64,000 nt of DNA from a virus (lineage: Duplodnaviria > Caudoviricetes), in the IMG/VR virus record IMGVR_UViG_3300005611_000008, positions 38,204-102,203 of that record; one strand, given 5' to 3'. The notes below the pieces were generated by a model. That model had not been told where the DNA came from. It saw nothing but the letters and a program-made list of their open reading frames with translations, and searched no databases. A program made the translations under genes and the position numbers. Within the stretch, counting starts at the first letter, position 1. The number at the start of each line of letters is the position of its first letter. Of this stretch, positions 11,509 to 20,752 are shown in pieces.

Positions 11509-12817
11509 TGATAACCATATTTCTGAAAATGTTGGTGCCTACCACGGTAGTGTTTTGTAATTGCAAGTATCTATTGAACATATCGTGAATGTCTTCAATC
11601 TTCATCTTGTGGATGACAAAATTGTAAGAAAAAATGTTAGACAAATAAATTAGGTTGCGTTTATCTGAGTCCACATTTAATGGTGATTCCAACGCATCGT
11701 GCAACAAAAATGTAGGTTTCACCTTTTTGATTGTTTCTATCCACTCTTCAGTAGAGTATGACTTTTCTATTTGTTCTAATAGTTCGAGTTTATATTGACA
11801 ATAGTCTAAAACCAAACCCTCTTTCTTTTCGAACATTTTGTTGAGTCGTGTCATATCCTCTCTGGTATCAACCATTTCATAAGTCATCTGTTTCCACTTC
11901 AGAGAATCTTTATTGTAATCATATATTACCAATTTTGTGTTCTCGTGTCCAATCTTTTCATAAAGAAACTCTGCAATGCATCCAGATGCGGGCGCGTATA
12001 TTACATCAAACTTTTTCGTATTTGCAGGTATGCGTCGGTCAAACTTGGTAATCATAGTTTCATTGTTTCGTGCATACACTATGTTCTCATTTCGAGACCT
12101 TTCGAAATCAAGTGCTTCGCAATGCCTTCTCTCAGGATAACAAAAGAACTTGGTCAACCTTTCTTGTGCAAAGTTCAATATTTTTTTATCATCCTCGAAT
12201 ACTTTGGTGAGATACTCTCCCATCTCGACATTGACGACCTCTCTGTATTCATTACTCGGAGAGACCCAATGAGGAGTGTAATCGTCGTGTACATTTGAAG
12301 TTGACCTATTGGGATACATCACCTTTCCAGTATATCTACCAAAGGAGGGTTTGGAGATGGAACGCCAGTGTTTGATGTTGAGGAACATACACTGCAGATG
12401 CATTCTCAAATAAGGTCTGTTGGGATGAAATAAAATATGACCGCGACAAGGTTCTTCTGTCTCGCAGAACTTATCAAAAAAAGTGTGTATTGTATCGGGT
12501 GCCTTATTTTGATAGTTATTGTAGAAGGTTCCGATATAACTTATCAATGCATAGTTATACTTATCTCCAACTTGCAATAACGCATCATCTAATGTTTCCG
12601 CAAAAATCAAGTTGCAGTTTTTAGAACCTCCGCGAGACCACCCAATACTTGTGTACCAAGTAAGAGTTGCCATATACTGCGCATAATCACCCCAGTCAAT
12701 CTTGGGATAGTTTAGTATGATATGTAATCTATCGGACTCTACCTCGTTATGTCGAGAGTGTTCCATAATATAATTTGCAAATTCTTTAAATGACTGCATC
12801 AGGATGTTCTTTCTCAA
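11489..12817 (-). CDS. Hypothetical protein, possibly GT-like N-half plus SAM-binding-like C-half
   Basis: 442 aa; C-half has VIYAPASG...LVIYDYN...LIYLSNIF, reminiscent of a Rossmann methyltransferase fold; family assignment uncertain. Confidence 0.45.
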   Translation of the reverse strand: MRKNILMQSFKEFANYIMEHSRHNEVESDRLHIILNYPKIDWGDYAQYMATLTWYTSIGWSRGGSKNCNLIFAETLDDALLQVGDKYNYALISYIGTFYNNYQNKAPDTIHTFFDKFCETEEPCRGHILFHPNRPYLRMHLQCMFLNIKHWRSISKPSFGRYTGKVMYPNRSTSNVHDDYTPHWVSPSNEYREVVNVEMGEYLTKVFEDDKKILNFAQERLTKFFCYPERRHCEALDFERSRNENIVYARNNETMITKFDRRIPANTKKFDVIYAPASGCIAEFLYEKIGHENTKLVIYDYNKDSLKWKQMTYEMVDTREDMTRLNKMFEKKEGLVLDYCQYKLELLEQIEKSYSTEEWIETIKKVKPTFLLHDALESPLNVDSDKRNLIYLSNIFSYNFVIHKMKIEDIHDMFNRYLQLQNTTVVGTNIFRNMVINANHRS

Positions 12818-13451
12818 ATGATTTTATGAATAATTTAATAGTGTCTTCACAATATCCTCCGTGAAGAATAAAATGGATTCTAGGTTCGGGACTGAAGTTT
12901 GCTGCTTCATGGAAAGGTCCGTTGTTGAACCAGTACACCTCTCTAGGTTTAAAAGGAACCTCTTCAAGTGTTTCGGAGTTTCGAAGATAACAATTTTCTG
13001 GTTGAGTTATCGCAATGTTTATTGCGGAGGTGATACTGTTCTTTAACTTCATACCCTCTTTCCACTGATGGGTATCAGTATGCGAACGAATAAATCCACC
13101 ACTCTCCAATAACATAAATCGACAACGACTGTACTTACCATTATTAGGAAAGTCTTCCTTCAACCACCTCGTCATTTCCGGAGCATACTCCGTTAATTCT
13201 GTCCAGTGATACTTGTCCTTTGCGTTTTCGTTGTAGGTTGTAGTGCGCATACTTTCTCCGTGCAGGGTGATGGATTTCCATCCCTTGCCGTGTGATGCGC
13301 GGTGTGGTATAAATAGACCTAGATTGTAGATGTTCAACGATTCATTGATGACTTCTTTTGGGATTAGAATGTCTGCTTTGAGGTACATTAGTTCTCGATC
13401 TTCACACCACTTTTTAATTTTTTCGAACTTAGTATAAATGGACATATTCAA
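12786..13451 (-). CDS. Aspartyl/asparaginyl beta-hydroxylase-like 2OG-Fe(II) oxygenase
   Basis: RCRFMLLESGGFIRSHTD (HxD) ... FHEAAN (distal H) ... RIH. Confidence 0.75.
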   Translation of the reverse strand: MNMSIYTKFEKIKKWCEDRELMYLKADILIPKEVINESLNIYNLGLFIPHRASHGKGWKSITLHGESMRTTTYNENAKDKYHWTELTEYAPEMTRWLKEDFPNNGKYSRCRFMLLESGGFIRSHTDTHQWKEGMKLKNSITSAINIAITQPENCYLRNSETLEEVPFKPREVYWFNNGPFHEAANFSPEPRIHFILHGGYCEDTIKLFIKSFEKEHPDAVI

Positions 13452-13887
13452 TCGCTGTGTGGTTGGGGTTAAATTTATTTGCGTGATGTATAAAAGATAA
13501 TTTACTTCTTTCTATTCTATTCAATGTATACAAGGAGTCATAGTCAATCAACATAAACCCATTGTCTAATACCAGAGTATTCGATGCATTCCAATCACAA
13601 TAGGTATAACCTAGTTCGGTTATTCTCTCAAACTCATTCCACCAAAAATCAATCATCTTGTCGGTGTCTGCGTTCATATTTATGTAATAGTTTTTTGCAT
13701 CAATATACTTGATATCTATAAAATCTTTTCCGGAATCTAGATACATACCCGGAAAACAATCTTGAATTGCGCAAACCAAGAATTCTATTTCTTCTGGACT
13801 TTTGTTCTGATATATTTTACGAACAATGTTAAGTTCGGAATCGTAGTAAACCTTGCGTTTGTTTTTGGATTGTTTGATTAGTTGCAT
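13429..13887 (-). CDS. Minimal kinase-like (APH/RIO-type fold) protein
   Basis: Catalytic-loop-like YCDWNASN and DFG-like LIDYD motifs; N-terminal VRK lysine. Confidence 0.55.
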   Translation of the reverse strand: MQLIKQSKNKRKVYYDSELNIVRKIYQNKSPEEIEFLVCAIQDCFPGMYLDSGKDFIDIKYIDAKNYYINMNADTDKMIDFWWNEFERITELGYTYCDWNASNTLVLDNGFMLIDYDSLYTLNRIERSKLSFIHHANKFNPNHTAIEYVHLY

Positions 13888-14465
13888 TCGCCGATCACCA
13901 TAAACCGAGTGTAATTTTCGGTTTTCAATTCACCACTGTAATGTATGGTGGTCAGTCCAGTCGACTCTAAGAATTCGTCCAAACTTTTCTTACAGTTTGA
14001 GTGTTCCTCTATTTCAAAATAGTCATTACTCTGAAATGCAAACACCGTATCAGTCACCACAATCTCTTTCATATCGCGCATATGTTCGCAGGAAGTATTA
14101 ATCACCAAATCATACTCTCCAATGTTTTTAATCGAACAATAATCAAATGCATCACAAGTATTATACCGTAAAGTGTATTTATCTTCAACCTTCTTCACGA
14201 ACTTCTTACTCAGTCTTTTGACCATTGGGTCAGAGTCGATGCAATCAAAGTGTCCTCCTATTTCATAGGGAATGAGTGTCGCATACCACGCACCTAACAT
14301 AAGAGTATTTTTTGGTTGAACGACCTTCAACACCTCATCCACTAACCATCGTTTGCAAAGTATTTTCTTTCTCATCAAACTGTTTGCAAAAGAATGGGAT
14401 TCGTGTAAAGACTCTGATTGCATCAAAGTGTGGGTGAACGCAAAAAAGAACTCATCGGTAATCAT
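13878..14465 (-). CDS. Class I SAM-dependent methyltransferase-like protein
   Basis: LMLGAWY motif I, acidic IDSDP, DLVINTSCEHM, C-terminal YTRFMVIG. Confidence 0.7.
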   Translation of the reverse strand: MITDEFFFAFTHTLMQSESLHESHSFANSLMRKKILCKRWLVDEVLKVVQPKNTLMLGAWYATLIPYEIGGHFDCIDSDPMVKRLSKKFVKKVEDKYTLRYNTCDAFDYCSIKNIGEYDLVINTSCEHMRDMKEIVVTDTVFAFQSNDYFEIEEHSNCKKSLDEFLESTGLTTIHYSGELKTENYTRFMVIGECN

Positions 14466-14472
14466 ATAAATA
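14465..14472 (+). promoter_or_regulatory. T4-type late promoter (gp55-dependent)
   Basis: Exact TATAAATA about 22 nt upstream of the ATG at 14495, with GAGG Shine-Dalgarno. Confidence 0.7.
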
Positions 14473-14488
14473 GTCTCACATTATTGAG

Positions 14489-15478
14489 GTGATTATGTTA
14501 GAAAATGGTATAGACGCAGTTGAAATTGAGTTGTCGTCTCGGTGCAATGCAGGGTGTCCTATGTGTGCGCGTACAGACAACGATATGATACTCAGTAAAC
14601 AACGCGATATCTCACTGGAAGAATTTAAAGTATTTTTTTCTCCGGAGTTTATATCCAAACTAAAACAATTCAAATTCTGTGGCAACTTTGGTGACCCAAT
14701 GGTCGCAAAAGATGTTGTTGAAATACATAAGTATATATGCGATAATAATCCAAACATAAAACTAATTATGAGTACCAATGGGGGACTCAGAACCAAAAAG
14801 GTTTGGACTGAACTTGCGAAGTACTATCAGAATCCCAACGGGTCTCATATACAGTTTCATATAGATGGACTTGAAGACACCAACCACATTTACAGAAAAG
14901 GTGTTCGGTGGGATAGGATTATGGAGTGCGCAGATGCATTTATTTCTGCGAGAGGTATTGCGGTATGGTACTTTATACCTTTCTTTCATAACGAACACCA
15001 AGTCGAGGAAGCAGAACAACTCGCACGAGATATGGGATTTGCAGAGTTTGTAATTAAGGTATCTGCAAGGTTTGATAGTTTTGATAAACCATTCATAGGT
15101 TCTCGGGGAGAAAGATTGTATCCCCCAACCGCAGATAGGTTTAACATTCGAGGCGTTCAAGTGCGAGGAGAACTTAAATGTGTCTCTGAAATACGGAAAG
15201 AAATTTATGTCGATTCTTGGGGAAGGGTATTCCCTTGTTGTTGGACTGCAACGAAACACGATGAAATGAATTGGGACATCGACAATTCATTGCGAGTGCA
15301 TACAATAGAAGAAGTGTTTGCATCAGAAAAAATAAATAGTTGGATTAATAAACTGTACTGCGACCAAGGTTCGGTGTGCAACAAAAGATGTACAGGCGAG
15401 TTTCAACATATGATAGACATCAACGGAAAACAAACTCCTCAGAAAGAACTGTGGTATTACGGAGATAAAGATGCTTAA
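14489..15478 (+). CDS. Radical SAM protein with SPASM/twitch-like C-terminal Cys cluster (ATG start probably 14495)
   Basis: CNAGCPMC (CxxxCxxC), GNFGDP, TNG, IDG; C-terminal C...GRVFPCC...CNKRC. Confidence 0.85.
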   Translation: MIMLENGIDAVEIELSSRCNAGCPMCARTDNDMILSKQRDISLEEFKVFFSPEFISKLKQFKFCGNFGDPMVAKDVVEIHKYICDNNPNIKLIMSTNGGLRTKKVWTELAKYYQNPNGSHIQFHIDGLEDTNHIYRKGVRWDRIMECADAFISARGIAVWYFIPFFHNEHQVEEAEQLARDMGFAEFVIKVSARFDSFDKPFIGSRGERLYPPTADRFNIRGVQVRGELKCVSEIRKEIYVDSWGRVFPCCWTATKHDEMNWDIDNSLRVHTIEEVFASEKINSWINKLYCDQGSVCNKRCTGEFQHMIDINGKQTPQKELWYYGDKDA

Positions 15479-16292
15479 AGAAGTAGTGATTTATAATGGG
15501 AAAAAGTTTAAACCAGAATTGCTTGACATTGCAGAGAATGAGTTCGTGGGAATATTCTTCACTGGAGGAATTGAGTCCACTCTTGTCGCAAAAATGATGA
15601 TTGAAAAATATGGTGTCGATAGAGTAGTCTTTGTCATACTGACTATGAATCGGTACAGTAATTATGCAAAGAATGCTGAAAAGGCACAACGAGTACTCTC
15701 AGACTTTGAAAACCGAGTTCAGAGACTCGGAGGAAAACATATTGTCGATATGAACACCGAAGACGCAGACAACTGCGATGAATGGTATGGAACTCGAGTT
15801 TTGTCCGCAATCACTAAAATGAAAATATCAAAAGAGGTTGGTTCTTGTCGGTATATTTTCACAGGTTATTCTAACATTCATAAAGAACATATGGAAATGT
15901 TAGATGAGTGTGGGTGGGAAAAAGGTTTTGTATTGCGCGAACAGGTTGAGAATTGGTTGCGCGAAGAAAACAGAATAGACAATTATCCAGAGATAAAAAG
16001 ATTTTTGGATGAACAGAAAGGCGCACTCTATTTCGTCACAGAATCAGTTCCATTTGATATTGTTCAAGAACATTACTACGACAGTATAAAACCTTTGAAC
16101 AATCTAACCAAAGACGAAGCAATCGATCTCTATCGTCAATACGATATAATAGACGAACTTGCGCATACAATATCGTGCAATGACCCAAGTTATGAGGGAT
16201 ACGACCATTGTGGGTATTGTAAAAACTGCATTCAAAGACAAGACGGATTTAAGGATACTGGTATAACAGACCCGACAAATTATGCCAACTAA
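15471..16292 (+). CDS. QueC-like PP-loop ATP pyrophosphatase (divergent)
   Basis: FFTGGIEST (variant of SGGxDS); C-terminal TISC..HCGYCKNCIQR..GF...G..DPT.Y matches the QueC zinc site and tail. Confidence 0.7.
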   Translation: MLKEVVIYNGKKFKPELLDIAENEFVGIFFTGGIESTLVAKMMIEKYGVDRVVFVILTMNRYSNYAKNAEKAQRVLSDFENRVQRLGGKHIVDMNTEDADNCDEWYGTRVLSAITKMKISKEVGSCRYIFTGYSNIHKEHMEMLDECGWEKGFVLREQVENWLREENRIDNYPEIKRFLDEQKGALYFVTESVPFDIVQEHYYDSIKPLNNLTKDEAIDLYRQYDIIDELAHTISCNDPSYEGYDHCGYCKNCIQRQDGFKDTGITDPTNYAN

Positions 16293-16959
16293 TATATTAT
16301 GTGTGAAGTGGGGGAGAAAGTACTCTCCACAATATGTGAACAATTTACACGAAATGATTCGAAGGTATTATCCAGAGGACTTTCGTTTTGTTTGTTATAC
16401 TGATGATGAGACTGGGTTGGATTGTGAAACTCTAAAGATAGAATCTGACCTTGAGGGTTGGTGGTTAAAACTAGAGTTGTTGTCTCTGTTTACTTTCGGA
16501 ACCAATATCGTTTTTGATTTAGATGTTGCGGTATTGAATAGACTAGAGAGATTGCACTCGGTCAAGACCAGAACCCTTTCAGTACTGTTCTCTAAATGGA
16601 AGGAAGGGTTCATTACTCCTCGTGCGCATGAACGCAACCCCACACTATACAACTCATCTATAATGAAGTGGGAAGGGGAACAAGGTCTTCCTGTATGGAA
16701 TCATTTTCAGAAGAACAAAGACTACCTTCTCTTCAAATATGAAGGCATCGACAGATACCTATTTAATGAATCTGTGGATGTGGATGTGTTGCCTAGTGGG
16801 ATTGCGTATTCATATTGGAAGGGTGCGTCTTATAAAAAAGACTCGACTCCCGAAAAACTCAGAGATGATTATGAAGTTTGTATTGTGAATCATAATCCAA
16901 AACCACACGAGATTGATACTTGGATTAGAGATTATTGGAATGTATCTAAGACTGCCTAG
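16282..16959 (+). CDS. Glycosyltransferase (GT-A fold)
   Basis: ILCVKWGRKYSPQYVNNL, CYTD, GWWLKL, FDLDV (DxD), NSSIM, KPH. Confidence 0.75.
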   Translation: MPTNILCVKWGRKYSPQYVNNLHEMIRRYYPEDFRFVCYTDDETGLDCETLKIESDLEGWWLKLELLSLFTFGTNIVFDLDVAVLNRLERLHSVKTRTLSVLFSKWKEGFITPRAHERNPTLYNSSIMKWEGEQGLPVWNHFQKNKDYLLFKYEGIDRYLFNESVDVDVLPSGIAYSYWKGASYKKDSTPEKLRDDYEVCIVNHNPKPHEIDTWIRDYWNVSKTA

Positions 16960-17782
16960 AAATTTACATTTCGAATTGAGTTCATATTGTAATGCGAAGT
17001 GTCCTATGTGTGTTCGAACCAATAAAGAATTTGAACCCAAACACCTTTCTTATGATATAATAGAGTCTAGGTTCAAAGATTACAAGTTTGAACAAATCAA
17101 GTACGGAGGAAATCTAGGCGACCCTCTAATGCACCTCGATGCGTTGAAGTTCTTTCGGTTGTTCTCATCATCAAGACAACTCATTCACACGAATGGGTCT
17201 TTACGGTCAAAGTCTTTTTGGAAAGATGTTGGTGAGATAGACAATCTCTGTGTGGTATTTGGTATTGATGGTATCGACCAAGAGACTCATATCAAATATC
17301 GTGTAGACACCAACCACGACAAGATTATAGAGAACGCAAAAATTTTCATTGAGTCTGGTGGAGAATCTTGGTGGCAGTTCATCGTCTTCAAACACAATGA
17401 ACACCAAATAGATGATGCAAAACAAATTGCAAAAGATATGGGATTCAAGTGGTTTGAAACCCTATACTCCAGAAGGTTTGGATCTGGAACTTACGAAGGA
17501 TTAGAACCTCCCGAAACACAACCTCTTATGATTGTAGAGGAAAGTAAGATACAGTGCAAGTCTCAAAGAAAAGAAGAGATGTACATTTCTGCAGATGGAA
17601 AAATCTGGGTGTGCGACTACACCGCAAACCATTTAGAAACTCCATTGAATATATACGAAACGGGGTTTGAGGATGCAGTGTCTAATATTTACTTTGACGA
17701 GATTTTAATTAACCCCAAACCCGTGTGTAAAATTAATTGTGGTATGAAATATAGAAACAAACATATTATTGAGGAATTATGA
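16940..17782 (+). CDS. Radical SAM protein with twitch-like C-terminus (paralog of 14489)
   Basis: CNAKCPMC, GNLGDP, HTNG, GIDG, FKHNEHQ; ATG at 16940 preferred over the TTG at 16913. Confidence 0.85.
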   Translation: MYLRLPRNLHFELSSYCNAKCPMCVRTNKEFEPKHLSYDIIESRFKDYKFEQIKYGGNLGDPLMHLDALKFFRLFSSSRQLIHTNGSLRSKSFWKDVGEIDNLCVVFGIDGIDQETHIKYRVDTNHDKIIENAKIFIESGGESWWQFIVFKHNEHQIDDAKQIAKDMGFKWFETLYSRRFGSGTYEGLEPPETQPLMIVEESKIQCKSQRKEEMYISADGKIWVCDYTANHLETPLNIYETGFEDAVSNIYFDEILINPKPVCKINCGMKYRNKHIIEEL

Positions 17783-18399
17783 ACTACGAAAGACTTCTCT
17801 CATATGGAAATATAATTCAACTAAAACACAACCTCGATTGCAATAAACTATTGGAAGAGATTAGTGGGTTTGAATTTGGATTATACAATCCGAGAAAGAA
17901 AAACAATCCTCGATACGGTTTGTCTATCACAAGTCTGGATGGAAGTCTGAATGGTATCGACTTGGATTCTTTGATTGATGCGTATGAAAAGACGGGTCAA
18001 GTGTATAATGAAATGTCCTTCCGCACACTGACAGAGGTCTATGAGAAATCTTCCGAATTGAAGAAGGTGATAGACCCCCTCAAGAATTTTTTAGGCAGAA
18101 CTCATTTTCTTAGATTTTCTAAGGGGGGACACTTCCCTCCTCATAGGGATGACCGAGGTTCTCAATCGCAACCGGATTTTCGCATCATTGTTCCAATTAA
18201 GTATACTAATCCGCCTGACTCTTATTATGTGTTCAATGGTGAGATTGTAAATCTTAATTATGGATATGCATACTTTATGAACACCAACCTAGAACATTCG
18301 TTCTTTTCTTTCAACAACGAATCTACTATGATTGTAATGAATGTTGAGGGATGTTCAGATGCGTATCAATTGGTTCTCGACAGTATGTATTCGACATAA
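17779..18399 (+). CDS. Aspartyl/asparaginyl beta-hydroxylase-like 2OG-Fe(II) oxygenase
   Basis: GRTHFLRFSKGGHFPPHRD (HxD) ... NTNLEHS (distal H). Confidence 0.7.
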   Translation: MNYERLLSYGNIIQLKHNLDCNKLLEEISGFEFGLYNPRKKNNPRYGLSITSLDGSLNGIDLDSLIDAYEKTGQVYNEMSFRTLTEVYEKSSELKKVIDPLKNFLGRTHFLRFSKGGHFPPHRDDRGSQSQPDFRIIVPIKYTNPPDSYYVFNGEIVNLNYGYAYFMNTNLEHSFFSFNNESTMIVMNVEGCSDAYQLVLDSMYST

Positions 18400-18834
18400 C
18401 TCTTCAATGTCCATATCGTAAAAGAGTTGAAGAGATATTCGAGTTTCTGAATTGTTTTGTACTTTATGTCTCGATTGTGTATTGAATGCATAACAATCCA
18501 TACAAGGAATATCTCCATCCTCGGTAGTGCAAGGTGTATAGTTTTTAGTCAACGGAAAAATAACTACCGTGTCTCTTTTGTTGTCTTTACTGTCGGTGTG
18601 CCAATCAACGAGTTTGTTGGGTTCTATTTTCAGCAGAGACATCATATAAGGTTTGGCGATAAATAAATCTGCAACCTCATCATACTGTCTAGGAAGAAAG
18701 TCGAGATTGGTGTAAGAACCAGATTTAGTCGAACGGTGACGATAGTAGTCGTCGGAAGACAATGCATCTTGAATCAGTCGAGTTTTGGTATTGTCATCTA
18801 GGGACAAGTCAATTTTGAAATAGTTCATTGCCAT
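18355..18834 (-). CDS. 2OG-Fe(II) oxygenase (Asp/Asn-hydroxylase-like)
   Basis: WHTD (HxD), FNTQSRHKVQN, RISLQ. Confidence 0.7.
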   Translation of the reverse strand: MAMNYFKIDLSLDDNTKTRLIQDALSSDDYYRHRSTKSGSYTNLDFLPRQYDEVADLFIAKPYMMSLLKIEPNKLVDWHTDSKDNKRDTVVIFPLTKNYTPCTTEDGDIPCMDCYAFNTQSRHKVQNNSETRISLQLFYDMDIEELCRIHTVENQLIRI

Positions 18835-19376
18835 CTCGGATATTTGTTCAGATTCTCTAAAAATTTTTCAGGAAATATTTCCCACACCGTCTGATTGGTA
18901 TTACGATAAAACACATCTTTTATATTTTTTACAATGCCCATTTTTTCTAAGGTGGGGAAGTAATATTTATGAACCAGTCTCTGACTTGCAACCTTACTGT
19001 CGTTAGAGGTTGCAAAGGTTCTTCCTTTACTCCATTCCAAACACACAGGCAACAAAAACTGGTCGGTCAGGTTTTGATGTTGTGCGATTGATTTGCTAGG
19101 TTTGATTAATGATTTATTCCCATACTCACTAAAGGTGCAAGTGCGTACAAGAACTCTATATGTTTTTGTTCCCATTACTTCATCAAAACTGTGTGCAACA
19201 ACAGACCCTATTGCATCAGAGTCTTTATACAATATCCACGCACTCCACTCTCTTTCGTTCTTAAAGGTGTCTATCATTCGTTTTTGAGAACTATTATTGA
19301 CAAACCCTCGCGATGCAGATTCGAGATAAAATTTTCTCAAATCTAAATCTTCAGACCATTCCAAAATATTATGCAC
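18825..19376 (-). CDS. Hypothetical protein, possible GNAT-fold acyltransferase
   Basis: WILYKDSDAIGSVVAH...YRVLVRTC pattern resembles GNAT beta strands; weak. Confidence 0.4.
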   Translation of the reverse strand: MHNILEWSEDLDLRKFYLESASRGFVNNSSQKRMIDTFKNEREWSAWILYKDSDAIGSVVAHSFDEVMGTKTYRVLVRTCTFSEYGNKSLIKPSKSIAQHQNLTDQFLLPVCLEWSKGRTFATSNDSKVASQRLVHKYYFPTLEKMGIVKNIKDVFYRNTNQTVWEIFPEKFLENLNKYPRWQ

Positions 19377-19402
19377 TACTGTATTCCTTGCGGTTTAAAA
19401 CA

Positions 19403-19410
19403 TATAAATA
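19403..19410 (+). promoter_or_regulatory. T4-type late promoter
   Basis: Exact TATAAATA upstream of the ATG at 19446. Confidence 0.75.
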
Positions 19411-19445
19411 ACAATATTGCTAATATATATGCATCGAGGGCGAAA

Positions 19446-19784
19446 ATGGCGGCAAAAGCAAATATTGTTATTGATCAAGGAGCAGACTTCTCCTCAACCA
19501 TAACTGTAACTGATGATGCAGGAGACACAGTTGACCTTACAGGGTACTCTGCTTCCGGTCAGATTCGTAAGCATTATACATCGAATACCGCGTATAATTT
19601 TACGACATCTTTTGGTGTGCCAAGAACTAATGGACTGCTAACACTATCACTTTCTCGCGCAACCACTGCCAACATAGAAGCAGGGCGTTATGTTTATGAT
19701 GTAGAGATCACGAGTGCGGCAAACACGCGCTCAAGATTAATTGAAGGTATTGTGACGATTACACCCGAAGTAACAAGGGGATAG
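19446..19784 (+). CDS. Conserved small virion structural protein (Ig-like, BppU-like)
   Basis: ANIVIDQGADF...DLTGYSASGQIRK...GRYVYDVEI...RLIEGIVTITPEVTR; ATG 19446 has a GAGGG SD. Confidence 0.75.
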   Translation: MAAKANIVIDQGADFSSTITVTDDAGDTVDLTGYSASGQIRKHYTSNTAYNFTTSFGVPRTNGLLTLSLSRATTANIEAGRYVYDVEITSAANTRSRLIEGIVTITPEVTRG

Positions 19785-19785
19785 C

Positions 19786-20028
19786 ATGGCAACAGGAAAT
19801 TTCAAGGTCAAGTTCAGTCCACCAACTCAGAGTCTGACGATCAAAAATAATAGTCAAGTTGGTGTTCGACTAGACACACTTGCGGATGTTGATCCTACAA
19901 ATTCATCTGCAAATGGTTCTATTCTTGTATACAACTCATCTACAGACACTTATGTTCAGCGAGACATTCTGACATTTGATGTTGATACTGGAGCATTCAA
20001 GTTAGACGCAGGGGATGACGGTTTCTAA
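19786..20028 (+). CDS. Small fibre-associated protein
   Basis: LDTLADVD..NGSILVYNSSTDTY fibre motif; ends LDAGDDGF. Confidence 0.6.
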   Translation: MATGNFKVKFSPPTQSLTIKNNSQVGVRLDTLADVDPTNSSANGSILVYNSSTDTYVQRDILTFDVDTGAFKLDAGDDGF

Positions 20029-20429
20029 TGGCAACTACAGTCCTTCAGATTAAGCGTTCGCAGACTACTGCCGAACCAACAACTCTTGCTAACGGTGAAC
20101 TTGCCTATTCGTATAGTTCCAATAAATTGTTTATTGGTCAAACTGATGCTAATTCATCACCAGTCACAGTAGAGTACATTGGTGGTAAATTACTTGTTGA
20201 TAAAGTAGCAAACCTTGAGTCTGTAGTTGCCAATCTTGGTGGTAGTCAAAACTCAGCAAATTTAACTGTTACAGAACAACTCAAACTATCGTATGCCACT
20301 AATAATTCTGTACTATTTGCCAAGGCAGATGGCATTGTAGATTTTATAACTGGCGACAATGGTAAGATATTACAGATTGCCGCTAACGGTACTCCAACTT
20401 TTGACGATTTAAATGGTGGAAATTTTTAA
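20028..20429 (+). CDS. Short fibre/adaptor protein with IKRS..GELA N-terminal domain
   Basis: LQIKRS...LANGELAYS...KLFIG; ends LNGGNF; TAATG coupling. Confidence 0.7.
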   Translation: MATTVLQIKRSQTTAEPTTLANGELAYSYSSNKLFIGQTDANSSPVTVEYIGGKLLVDKVANLESVVANLGGSQNSANLTVTEQLKLSYATNNSVLFAKADGIVDFITGDNGKILQIAANGTPTFDDLNGGNF

Positions 20430-20737
20430 TGAGCGATTGGCAAGATAATGAAATTTTGACAACATACGCACAACAAACTGAACAACAAATCATAGACTTA
20501 AACAGAACGATTGTTGCTCTTAGAAGTAAGATTGCTTTATTGGAAAAGGAACTTGAAGAACGAAACAGAATTCCTGTTCCTCGCACAGTGGTTAATCAGA
20601 TCGTTCAGCAAGAAGCAAAAATACGAAAGTTAGAGGATGATCTCAAGTTTTATAAAAACCATGTTAACCCTCAGATTATTATAAATAGAGAGAATAAAGC
20701 AAAACCAACCAGAAGCGGTGGAATACCCAAACAATAA
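20429..20737 (+). CDS. Hypothetical coiled-coil protein
   Basis: Heptad-like pattern; TAATG coupling. Confidence 0.6.
   Translation: MSDWQDNEILTTYAQQTEQQIIDLNRTIVALRSKIALLEKELEERNRIPVPRTVVNQIVQQEAKIRKLEDDLKFYKNHVNPQIIINRENKAKPTRSGGIPKQ
20680..20687 (+). promoter_or_regulatory. T4-type late promoter embedded in coding sequence
   Basis: TATAAATA 65 nt upstream of the ATG at 20753 (AGGAG SD). Confidence 0.65.
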
Positions 20738-20752
20738 TAAAGGAGTGCTATA

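Noticed and set aside
14489-17782. 7-deazaguanine DNA modification pathway (QueC plus QueE)
   Set aside because: The radical SAM proteins lack QueE N-terminal motifs and have SPASM/twitch-like tails; no folE, queD or dpdA is visible
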